From positions 6,448,001-6,512,000 of the forward strand of contig CM022674.1 in NCBI GenBank assembly GCA_012295275.1: a DNA stretch of 64,000 bases. Reading direction: 5' to 3'. Position numbers and translations under genes: made by a program. A model generated the notes under the pieces. That model ran no database searches and was not told where the DNA came from. It saw only the letters and a program-made list of their open reading frames with translations. Origin of the DNA: Chrysomallon squamiferum (Eukaryota > Animalia > Mollusca). Positions 12,633-24,436 of the stretch are shown piece by piece. Within the stretch, counting starts at the first letter, position 1. Each line of letters opens with the position of its first letter.

Positions 12633-15600
12633 GTATAGTCAATAATCATACCCACAAAACCAACATCTTTATAGTTATATATAGATATTTATATATATCT
12701 TACTTTAATTTAACTTAATTCTAACAGAAGGGCGTTAATATTTAAATTAAATTAAAATATATATTTCACAATTATGTTTTAATATTTAAAATATTGTTGA
12801 TTTATATAATTATTAGTTAGTTTAAAAATAAAGTTCTGGATGATATACAGCTGTCATCTTTGAACATCTCATTACTTACATACCATGTTTGTGTGTGTGT
12901 GTGTCACTGTATCTAGTGGCAAGATGTAATGACTACATAAATTTCTATATTTTCAGACACCAACCAAAAATATAACTTTTTGCACTTGAACTTAAATTAG
13001 TTTTTTTTTACATATGTATATAGTTCAAAATCACTTCTTTATCATTTAACTGCTGGTTTAGATGTTAAAAAAACATTTCAAAAACTGTTTTCAAAGTAAA
13101 AAAAAAAAAAAAAGTAACAAATAAATTGTTGTTATTTAAGAAATATTTTTTTTAGCACCAACAAACTGATTGCACTTGAATCCACAGCTGTTAAGAGCTG
13201 TGCCTTGTATTATTTAGGACTGGAGGGTTAAAGAAATAACTGGTTACTGTTTTAAGATATCAGATATATCCTACTTAGTCTGAATGGCAGTTTCTCTGAG
13301 GCTGCATCAAGCTGAAGATCAGCATTTTTACTTTTCCAGGATAAAACTGATGTCTTAAGACTGTAACCAGTTAATCCATTTATGAGTGTGTGTAAACTAC
13401 AAAGCTAAAGGTACAATGACAAGTGTTTATATTTGAAATATCTAAATTTGCCCTCTTGTTTTAAGAATATTTAATGTTATAACTACCATTGTTATTTCTG
13501 TTTTTGTAGTTTTGGAGGTTTTTTTTAATTATTTATTCTCTTGTTAAACCATTGAACAGAATTTTGTTTTTCTTTTTAAATTAAATTTTATGCCAGTTTT
13601 AATTTTATTTGTTTTTATTATTATTAATTACATCATTATTATTATTACTATTCATTCTTCTTTTCTTTATTTTGCTTCTTCTTCTTTAATGAACTTTCAA
13701 TCATTTACTATTATTTTCAAATTTATAACATAATCATTATTTTTTTTTTTTACAGCTGATTATCTTTTACATAATGCATGCCTAGAATTATCACACATTA
13801 ATATAATTTTCACACTTTTATAACACAATTAATATCAATTAAAAGCAGACATCTAGTTCTTTCTTCACCAAAAAACTATCACCAGTATTATTATTATTTA
13901 TTTTTCTTATGTTATTCTTCTTTTCGTTCGTAAGTGAGGAAGTTGTGAAGGTTGACTTTATACTGATGAGAGCGAGTGGACACTACACGGACATTCACTG
14001 TGTCCAGAGACTGACCACAATGTCGTCTGTAAACTCACCACCGAATATTCAGAAGTGGACGACGGTCTGGCACTGGTATTGGCTGGACGACAAAGGAAAA
14101 TGGACGGAATATGGAAAAGCAGTAGGAAAAATTTAATTTTTAAAAATATTGTACATCTGTAATTAATCATTTGAGATTTTTTATATATATTTGTCTGTTT
14201 GCCTCTGTATATATATAGACAGATAGATAGATAGATATATATGTTATAAGTTTTGATAGAAACTGGAACTACAGACACATCTATTAATAACATCATTGCT
14301 TATTGGATGACATCATTTTCTTGGTTTAATATAACTCATTACCTTTTATAACATTATTTTTACATTTTTTTCTCTTACAATGCCTTAATTACAGTGACCA
14401 GTAACACATTTTAGATCTTTTAATTAAATTTTTGTCTTGTTTCAACACAACAACAACAAAAAATTATTTCAATAAAGAAAACTACATACTTTGTACCAAA
14501 GAAAAAATAATTTAAAAATGTGATCTGTAAATAATTGTTTTTCAAAAATACTACCTGACCCAGTTATTGAAATTCAGTATTGAACTGACAAAGGGAAAGG
14601 TATTTACTTATCCCTGATATATATATACTTCTGTATCTACTGGTCTGTCTGTCTATCTGTTTATCATTATATATATATATGTATGTATGTATGTCTGCCT
14701 GTTAACTATATATACAGAATTGAGGGAAAATATTTAGAATATCCAAACAATTGTATTGAAGACAGTAATTTCAAAATACATTTTGTTATTTTCAGAAAAC
14801 ACACACACACACACAACTATATGCAAAGTCTAATTGACTAATAGCAGGGGACTAAATAATTAAAAAGATATAAAAAGATAGATAGATATGTAGATATTGA
14901 TGACACAGTAAGAAGAAGAAAAAAAACCTGGAAATCGCAGTTAAATTATTTTGTAATTTCTTTTCTTAATAGTTAGACAGCTGTCTAGTCATATCTAGCT
15001 AAATTATTTCTGATTTAATTTCAAAATAACTAAGTTTAATTTTTATTTTTTTATTTTTTTTTTTATCTTTTGAGTGCTTGATTTTAAATTAAGTTTTATA
15101 AAATTGTTTTATATTGATACAATATTATATCTGCATCTATAGATATTTATTTCTACCTGATATATATGATAAAAAAATATATATATTTTTTATTTTATTA
15201 TTATTCCTTCTTTTTTTTTGTAATTTCAGAATGTTCTTGATACAACAGCATCAGTGATTACCAGTGACAGGATTGAAGAGAAATATCTGGAAAATCCAAA
15301 TGGCTGTATTAAGTTTAAAAATGGTGACTTCGATTACGTTTTGTTATTTTCAAAAATGCAGCAGACAAACTCGCAGACTGGCACAGTTCGCAAAGTTCAG
15401 CGTCGTCCCACGTTTTTCCACCCGTCAGACATCAACAAGAGGTTTGTGTTTCACTTTTATCAGCAATTAAAGCAGTAACAATAGTTTGTTTTTCACTTTG
15501 ATCAACAATTAAAGCAGTAATACTAGTTTGTTTTTCACTTTGATCAACAATTAAAGCAGTAATACTAGTTTGTTTTTCACTTTGATCAACAATTAAAGCA

Positions 15601-18600
15601 GTAATACTAGTTTGTTTTTCACTTTGATCAACAATTAAAACAGTAACAATAGTTTGTTTTTCACTTTGATCAACAATTAAAGCAGTAACAACTAGTTTGT
15701 TTTTCACTTTGATCAACAATTAAAACAGTAACAACAGTTTGTTTTTCACTTTGATCAGCAATTAAAACAGTAACAAAAGTTTGTTTTTCACTTTGATCAC
15801 CAATTAAAGCAGTAACAACAGTTTGTGTTTCACTTTGATCAACAATTAAAGCAGTAACAATAGTTTGTGTTATTACTTTGATCAACAATTAAAGCAGTAA
15901 CAACAGTTTGTGTTTCACTTTGATCAACAATTAAAGCAGTAACAAGAGTTTGTTTTTCACTTTGATCAACAATTAAAACAGTAATACTAGTTTGTTTTTC
16001 ACTTTGATCAACAATTAAAACAGTAACAACAGTTTGTTTTTCACTTTGATCAACAATTAAAACAGTAACAAGAGTTTGTTTTTCACTTTGATCAACAATT
16101 AAAACAGTAACAATAGTTTGTTTTTCACTTTGATCAACAATTAAAACAGTAACAACAGTTTGTTTTTCACTTTGATCAACAATTAAAACAGTGACAACAG
16201 TTTGTTTTTCATTTTGATCAACAATTAAAACAGTAACAATAGCAACAAAGATTTCTTCCCAACCTGTCTGTTAGTTATTACCAGTATTTCAACTTTGTGT
16301 TTATGTTGAAAAAACAGCTTGATCAGATTCACAAAAAAGACAGATTGTCAGACGGATTGATAGAAGAATGAATAAATGGATATAGATAAAAAGTAGAAAG
16401 AAAGAGAGATACATAGATAGTGACAAAAGAGAGAGAAAGAAGAAAGAAAGAAAAACTGACAAAATTATTTTATGTCATCTTCAAATGACAGATTTATCAT
16501 ACCCTTATTCAGTACCTGCAACACCTTCCTGGGGTAGACTCCAAGAATTAGCTGAGTTTATGTATTGCAGAGTATTGTAGTTAAACATCAAATGCATGTA
16601 GTCCTTTTGTAAGGGAGAAGGGACTAAGTTGTGCCATTTTCCAGTTAAGTCAAGCTGGAGTCCAATGTATCAATATCTCCACAGAAATGAATGGTGAGCC
16701 TCAAAGAGCAAGATGTTCTTTGAACACATGGGCAGCATTAAGAGGATTTCTGCGACAGACAACCCCCCCCTCCGGCTTTGTCAGAGAGCATGCCAGTCGC
16801 AGACATGCTTCACAACAGCTTACTATGATTAGAACGTTGATTTTTTTTTTTACTGATTGACTCAGGATTTCTCATAATGTTGGGGTAGGGCTTTGTGAAG
16901 AGCCACAGTTTATCCCATATGTGGGTAAGTTGGTCCACCCTTTGGGTAAGTTGTGCCAGTACTGGAAATGGCACATGTCATAATAAGAAAGTTTTCAGCA
17001 GTTTTTTTCCTGATTCTGATTCAACGTGTAATGGTACCAAAATGTGACAGCTCTTGGTAAAACACTCCTTCATCAAAACTTGTAGAAAACTATAAAAATA
17101 AACTGATAATAAAATTAAATAAAACATTATTCTAATGAGTGCAGCATAGACAAATCTGCTGTTCTTTTAAGCTATAAACAACAACAAATAAATGTAAAAT
17201 TCTTACTAATTCTTGCTGAAATTACCTCTACTTGTTTTCTAAAAAATTTGGGACTTATGCCTGTAATGGTTAAAAAAAAATATACATGGTTGCTGTGGAT
17301 CAAACACAAGGGTGCACTGGCTCACATTTTTACTTCAAAATGAAAAGGTAATTTTTTTTTCATTTGCTTGGAAGGGGGAAACAAAAAAAAGTTTTATAAA
17401 AATGTTATACTTGACCTCTTGAGTATGTCATTTGAAACATCTTAGCAAACTGTTCACAACACTGGTGGAATGTTTCAAATGAGACCAGAACTGAAATGAC
17501 AGTGTCTCTTTTCACTCTTACTCATTTTACCAGCATTCTGCTTCCTTCCATTTTGACAAATACAGCATGTCCAACACGATATTGCGAACTTACAGATAAA
17601 CTTACAACTCTGCAAAATAAAAATCAGTTCTTATAACAAGTTGGTCCCAGATCACCTATTAATTGTATAATCAGTTAATTTTTCAAACTACAGCAGTCAA
17701 ACATAACAACAGTCCAACCCTGGGTAGAGGGACAAATTTTATCTTTACTGCGTCATTCTTCTTCGTAAGAAAACTTTCAATAACCTTCAGTATTATCGTG
17801 TTTAGAAACCGCCTTGAAAAGCCAGAAGGATTGGCTGATGTAGTTTGTTTCTGAAGGCAATGACAGACAGAAATAGTTTTCCAGCAAAACAAGCAGAAAA
17901 TAACTGACGTCAGCCATGGTTTCCAGTTAACAGTTAGTGAAGTAGCTGACATCCATGATATTTAAATTCATTTTGATGACGTTGTCAGCTGCTTTTTTTT
18001 TTCTTTTTTTCTTTTTTACATAATTATTACAGAATGCATTTTCAAATAATAGATAACAATTCTTCATGGATAACAATTAAAGCAGTAACAACAGTTTGTT
18101 TTTCACTTTGATCAACAATTAAAGCAGTAATACTAGTTTGTTTTTCACTTTGATCAACAATTAAAACAGTAACAATAGTTTGTTTTTCACTTTGATCAGC
18201 AGATAAAGCAGTAACAACAGTTTGTTTTTCACTTTGATCAACAATTAAAACAGTAACAACAGTTTGTTTTTCACTTTGATCAACAATTAAAACAGTAACA
18301 ACAGTTTGTTTTTCACTTTGATCAACAATTAAAACAGTAACAGTAGTTTGTTTTTCACTTTGATCAACAATTAAAACAGTAACAACAGTTTGTTTTTCAC
18401 TTTGATCAACAATTAAAACAGTAACAACAGTTTGTTTTTCACTTTGATCAACAGTTAAAACAGTAACAGTAGTTTGTTTTTCACTTTGATCAGCAGTTAA
18501 AACAGTAACAGTAGTTTTTCTAATTGATCAACAATTAAAACAGTAACAACAGTTTGTTTTTCACTTTGATCAACAATTAAAACAGTAACAGTAGTTTGTT

Positions 18601-21600
18601 TTTCACTTTGATCAACAATTAAAACAGTAACAGTAGTTTGTTTTTCACTTTGATCAACAATTAAAACAGTAACAACAGTTTGTTTTTCACTTTGATCAAC
18701 AATTAAAACAGTAACAACAGTTTGTTTTTCATTTTGATCAACAATTAAAACAGTAACAACAGTTTGTTTTTCATTTTGATCAACAATTAAAACAGTAACA
18801 ATAGCAACAAAGATTTCTTCCCAACCTGTCTGTTAGTTATTACCAGTATTTCAACTTTGTGTTTATGTTGAAAAAACTGCTTGATCAGATTCACAAAAAA
18901 GACAGATTGTCAGACGGATTGATAGAAGAATGAATAAATGGATATAGATAAAAAATTGAAAGAAAGAGAGATACATTGATAGTGACGAAAGAGAGAGAAA
19001 GAAGAAAGAAGAAAAACTGAGAAAATTCTTTTATGTTAGCTCTCAAATGACAGATTTATCATTGACTTTAATTTCATGATTTGTATACATTTCATACCCC
19101 TAATTAGTACCTGCAATACCTTTCGGAAGTAGACTCCAAGAATTAGCTGAGTTTATGTATTGCAGAGTATTGTAGTTAAACATCAAATGCATGTAGTCCT
19201 TTAGTAAGGGAGGAGGGACTAAGTTGTGCCATTTTCCAGTTAAGTCAAGCTGTAGTCCAGTGTATCAATATCTCCACAGAAATGAATGGTGAGCCTCAAA
19301 GAGCAAGATGTTCTTTGAACACATGGGCAGCATTAAGAGGATTTCTGCCACAGACAACCCCCCACCTGGCTTTGTCAGAGAGCATGCCAGTCGCAGACAT
19401 GCTTCACAACAGCTTGCTATGATTAGAACGTTGATTTTTTATTTTACTGATCGACTCAGGATTTCTCATAATGGCTGGGGTTGGGTTTTGTGAAGAGGCA
19501 CAGTTTATCCCATATGTGGGTAAGTTGGTCCACCCTTTGGGTAAGTTGTGCCAGTACTGGAAATGGCACATGTCTTAATAAGAAAGTTTTCAGCAGTTTT
19601 TTTTCCTGATTCTGATTCAACGTGTAATGGTACCAAAACGTGACAGCTCTTGGTAAAACACTCCTTCATCAAAACTTTTAGAAAACTATAAATAATAAAC
19701 TGATAATAAAAAAATAAATATATATCATTCTAATGAGTGCAGCGTAGACAAATCTGCTGCTCTTTTAAGCTATAAACAACAACAAATAAATGTAAAATTC
19801 GGACTAAATCTTGCTGAAACTACCTCTACTTGTTTTATAAAAATTTTGGGACTAGTGCCTATTATGGTTAAAAAAATATATACATGGTTGCTGTGGATCA
19901 AACACAAGGGTGCACTGGCTCACATTTTTACTTCAAAATGAAAAGGTCATTTTTTTTTTTCATTCACTTGTAAGGGGAAAAAAAATAAAACTTTTATAAA
20001 AATGTTGTACTTGATGTCTTGAGTATGTCATTTGAAACATCTTAGCAAACTTCACAACACTGGTGGAATGTTTTAAATGAGACCAAAACTTAAACAACAG
20101 TGTCTCTTTTCACTCTTACTCATTTTACCAGCATTCTGCTGGCTTCCATTTTGACAAATACAGCAAGTCCAACATGATATTGCGAACTTACAGATAAACT
20201 TACAACTCTGCAAAATAAAAATCAGTTCTTTTAACAAGTTGGTCCCAGATCACCTATTAATTGTATAATCAGTTCATTTTTCAAACTACAGCAGTCAAAC
20301 ATAACAACAGTCCAACCCTGGGTAGAGGGACAAATTTTATCTTTACTGCAGCATTCTTCTTCGTAAGAAAACTTTCAATAACCTTCAGTATTATTGTGTT
20401 TAGAAACCACCTTGAAAAGCCAGAAGGATTGGCTGATGTAGTTTCTGAAGGCAATGACAGACAGAAATAGTTTTCCAGCAAAACAAGCAGAAAATAACTG
20501 ACGTCAGCCATGGTTTCCAGGTTAACAGTTAGTGAAGTAGCTGACATCCATGATATTTAAATTCATTTTGATGACGTTGTCAGCTGCTTTTTTTTTTTTT
20601 TTTTCAACTTAATTATTACAGAATGCATTTTCAAATAATAGATAACAATTCTTCATGGATAACAGTGACAAATTATTATTTTTGTCAACATGTTTTTGTC
20701 ATGGATATGTTTGTTGTTGTTGTTGGTTTTGGTGGTTTTCAGGCAAAGTGAGAAGAATATTTAGAAAAAAAACAACTACAGTAGTAACACAAAAATCTTT
20801 AAATTCATCACAATACATATAAAACACACATACGAAATACATATATAGATAGATGGATAGATATTTGTACATCTGTTGATGAAATTTAAAGAAATTGATG
20901 AACACTCGCACAAATATATTGGAGACAGAAAAAATTCTAATTTTTTTTTTTTTTTTTTCAGGTCTTTTTCACCCAGTGTTTACAAAGAAACAACAAATTC
21001 TGTGATTTTGCCAAAAGACTGGAAGCTCTCTGGTGTTGATATTTTCAAACATTACCAAATTGTACAGGTATGTCTGAGTAAAAAGACAGCATGTGCTGTC
21101 TTTTTCACCTCTTAGTAACTACAGTTTCGGTCAAGATTTCTACATTTTTTTATGGACCAGATTTTGACTTCCCTATATCTTTGGTGACTATTACAGCTGT
21201 AAAGATTTTTTGACTTCCCTGTATCTCTTGTGACTATTATAATGATAAAGATTTTGATTTTACTGTACCTTTAGTGCTATTATAATGATAAAGATTTTGA
21301 CTTCACTGTGTCTTTAGTGTTATTATAATGTTAAAGATTTTGACTTCACTGTGTCTTTAGTGCTGTTATAATGATAAAGATTTTTGACTTCACTGTGTCT
21401 TTAGTGACTATTATAATGATAAAGATTTTGACATCACTGTATCTTTAGTGACTGTTATAATGATAAAGATTTTTGACTTCACTGTATCTTTAGTGATTGT
21501 TACAGATGTAAAGATTTTAACCACTTAATCTTCAGTAACTATTAAAAATTGTATTTATTTATTTATTTATTTATTTATTACGTTACTTAGTTAGCTATTT

Positions 21601-22633
21601 ATTTATTTATTTATTTATTACATTACTTAGTTAGCTATTTATTTATTTATTTATTTATTTATTTTCATGTTATTTAGGTGTTACATACAACAACAGAATT
21701 TCAAGCCATCAACACAATTTTCCACAAAACCCTGCCTCTAAGAACAATAACTACACTGGAGAGAGTTGAAAATGGCGAGCTTTGGAACAGTTTTTACCAG
21801 TAAGTATAGGGACAGGGAGTAAAATAGACAGACAGATAGATCCAGGCTGGGGAAATATGTTTTATCCAGAAGGACACATCACTGTCAGCATTTGTCCTAA
21901 AAATTCTGCTTATACGACGTCATCCATTTTGTTTTTATATATCTTATTTGTTTTTGGTTTGTGTTTTTGGGGGGTTATTTTAATGTTTTATATGCAAGGT
22001 GTCCCAGTGAACTATACACACACAAATTGCTACAATCAAAGAGTTGAAAATGGATGAACCCAAATGTGTATTGGAATGATTCATAATGTTTTTAATTCCA
22101 TCTCTCTCTGGGTGTTAATTACTGGCAGTGTGATGTATTTGTAGTAAATTTAATAATTTATAATGTGTGTGTGTGTGTGTGTGCACACACATTAAAACAG
22201 CTTGAGTTTATTGATATTGATTTAAAACCATCAATTTTATTTTTGTAATAATATTGATATTTATTATTATTATCACTATTATTATAATTGTCATTATTAT
22301 TATTATTAGTATGACCAATATTATTACTAATATTTTTACTATTATTATTATGATTATTTTTATTATCATTATTATTAATAGTAGTATAATAATATAATCA
22401 TTATTATTATTGTTATTATTATTATTATTATTATCATTATCATTAGTATGACCAATATTATTACTAATAGTATTACTAATATTATTACTAATATTATTAT
22501 TATTATTATCATCATCATTAGTATGACCAATATTATTACTAATAGTATTACTGATATTATTACTAATATTATTACTATTATTATGATTATTATTGTTGTT
22601 GTTGTTATTGTTATTATTATTATTACTATTATA

Positions 22634-22667
<34 letters not shown>

Positions 22668-23079
22668 TAAAAGGAAAAAGGAGCAGATGAAAAGAAAACT
22701 GGGGAAAGATGTTCAGGAAAGACAACTCTTTCACGGCACTCACCGAAACAACGTTGAAGCTATCTGTCGGCAAGGTTTCGATTTCCGATTCTGCGGCAAA
22801 TCAACTGGGACGCTGTACGGCAAAGGCAGCTACTTCGCTGTCGACGCCAGCTACTCAGATTCCTACACTGACAGTGGCAGAAAGATGTTTGTTGCTCAAG
22901 TGCTGGTGGGGGACTTTTCAAAAGGTGACCCATCATTTGTGCGCCCCCCACCCAAAAACCCATCAGAGCCCCACGGAGAACTTTATGACAGTTGTGTGGA
23001 CAGTGTTAGCAGTCCAAAAATCTTTGTTGTCTTTGATATATATCAGGTGTATCCCCAGTACCTTATTACTTACAGTTGA
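11308..23079 (+). CDS. PARP12: PARP12/ZC3HAV1(ZAP)-family zinc-finger WWE mono-ADP-ribosyltransferase, 785 aa; exons 11308-12632, 13935-14121, 15230-15441, 20962-21067, 21678-21799, 22674-23079
   Basis: Four N-terminal CCCH fingers plus a fifth (CIHNLHSTCLFGENCRNHH); WWE1 (YQWQWKG..WRDF) and WWE2 (WHWYWLDDKGKWTEYG); PARP motifs LFHGT, YGKGSYFA, YDSCVD..KIFVVF..QVYPQYLI. Exons sum to 2358 nt with intron phases 2,0,2,0,2. Confidence 0.93.
13935..14121 (+). CDS. PARP12: PARP12-like exon 2 (end of WWE1, start of WWE2)
   Basis: cgtaag acceptor; VQRLTTMSSV...WTTVWHWYWLDDKGKWTEYGKA; GCA|gtagga donor. Confidence 0.88.
14713..14800 (+). pseudogene. Degenerate partial copy of PARP12-like exon 3 inside intron 2
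   Basis: acagaattgagggaaaatatttagaatatccaaacaattgtattgaa...attttgttattttcagaaa aligns by eye to exon 3 acaggattgaagagaaatatctggaaaatccaaatggctgtattaag...gttttgttattttcaaaaa. Confidence 0.7.
15230..15441 (+). CDS. PARP12: PARP12-like exon 3 (WWE2)
   Basis: tttcag acceptor; ITSDRIEEKYLENP...MQQTNSQTGTVRKVQRRPTF; AG|gtttgt donor. Confidence 0.88.
15442..16241 (+). repeat. 42-bp minisatellite array 1 (about 19 units), starting at the intron-3 donor
   Basis: Unit gtttgtttttcactttgatcaacaattaaa(a/g)cagtaacaaca; 14-aa periodicity in the minus-strand ORFs. Confidence 0.95.
18072..18803 (+). repeat. 42-bp minisatellite array 2 (about 17 units)
   Basis: Same unit as array 1. Confidence 0.95.
20962..21067 (+). 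CDS. PARP12: PARP12-like exon 4 (linker, LPKDW)
   Basis: Poly-T + cag acceptor, CAG|gtatgt donor, phase 2/0. Confidence 0.85.
21158..21518 (+). repeat. ~43-bp minisatellite (about 8 units) in PARP12-like intron 4
   Basis: Unit aaagattttgacttcactgt(g/a)tctttagtg(a)ctattataatgat. Confidence 0.9.
21678..21799 (+). CDS. PARP12: PARP12-like exon 5 (start of the PARP domain: EFQAINTIFHKT..ITTLERVENGELW)
   Basis: tttag acceptor, CA|gtaagt donor, phase 0/2. Confidence 0.88.
22674..23079 (+). CDS. PARP12: PARP12-like exon 6 (catalytic ART domain)
   Basis: ORF 22687-23079 with HGT, YFA and IFVVF motifs; stop TGA. Confidence 0.93.
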
Positions 23080-24039
23080 AGTATCCGTTTTTAAAAAAAA
23101 TGTCTGTACTGCATTGTAGTTGTTATTTTCTTCGTAATATTGTGTCAGTTATTTTTATTTTTAAATTTCTGGAACACCGTATTTGTTATTTTTTTTAAAT
23201 TCTCTCAAAATTCTGTATTAGTGGTTTTTTTGATAAAGTAAACAGTACATTATTAATTATTGTTAAAATATCTGCAGTACCACATCAGGGCTTTTTTAAA
23301 AATATCTACCATACCACATTAATTGTTTTTTAAAATATCTACAGTACCACGTTTTTGTCAGTTCCAGTAGTGCTCTTTGAGTTGTGTATCAAATGGGGGT
23401 TTTTTGTGCAATTTCTGCAGTTTAATTGTAATGTCTAACATACTGTTTAGTCTGTGATTGTTTTATATATTGTTGTTTTTTTTTTTTGTTGTTTTTTTTT
23501 TTACTAGTTTGTCTTTAATGTTATAAACACCGAAAATTGTAATATAGTTTCATTTATTACTGAATATCCAGTAAAATTCTGAATTTTTTAATTATTATTA
23601 ATATTATTACTATTATTATTATTATTATTAGTAGTACTTACATAATTACTTATTTATATCTGTATATGTAAGTATATTTCACTAGACAAAAATTACAGTT
23701 TTATTTGTTTTGCTTATCATTTTATTAATAGATTAATTATTAATATAATATGTAGAGAAAAGAGTGTATTTTATTTGTAATTATTTTTTTCTTTCTTTTT
23801 TTAGATATATTCTATGTAATTTTTTAATTTTATTTACTGATTTATTTACTGATATTTTGGTATCTGATAGATATAATAAACTGTATCTTTTATTATATGA
23901 TTGGTTTTTTTTGTTTGTTTTTTCTACTATATGTAAACATTTCTTTTATTTATTTACATTTCTTCTTCTCTTTTTCTTTCTTTTTTATCAACTGAATTTT
24001 CATATATTAAAACTTCTTTTTGTAACAGTTTGATAATAC

Positions 24040-24075
<36 letters not shown>

Positions 24076-24308
24076 TTTATCCATGAAGTTGTTGTTAAAT
24101 TTCTTTTTGAGGATTTCAAAATTTTCTTTCATTATTATATTCAATAATTTCTTAAAGTAAAATTTTACTTTATAAATGCCTAAACAGAATTAAAGATATC
24201 AAAAAAATTAAAATTTAAAATTACGGCATTAAAATCTAGAAAAATGCACTGGTCCATTTATTGCTTAAAATTATAATAATAATAATAATAGTAGTAGTGT
24301 TGGTGATG

Positions 24309-24362
<54 letters not shown>

Positions 24363-24402
24363 TAATTGTAATAATAGTAAAAGTTGTAGTAGTTATAATA
24401 GT

Positions 24403-24436
<34 letters not shown>

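Larger units (their letters stand above)
15442..20664 (+). repeat. Tandem duplication of a ~2.6-kb unit (array plus ~1.85 kb unique block) in PARP12-like intron 3
   Basis: 16242-18075 and 18804-20664 are near-identical, with scattered substitutions and indels; both end in cttcatggataaca. Confidence 0.93.

Noticed and set aside
11548-12642. Long antisense and alternate-frame ORFs over PARP12 exon 1
   Set aside because: Shadows of GC-rich codon usage; no recognisable motifs.
16615-16965. gggtaagttgtgcca motifs as pogo-like terminal inverted repeats
   Set aside because: All copies found are in the same orientation, with no inverted partner or transposase; at most a fragment.
15442-18803. 42-bp arrays as a CRISPR array
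   Set aside because: Head-to-tail units with no unique spacers, no cas genes, and a eukaryotic intron context.
20743-20830. Candidate extra PARP exon after ttttcag at about 20742
   Set aside because: The required phase-2 frame hits TAG within a few codons, and the gene is already in frame without it.
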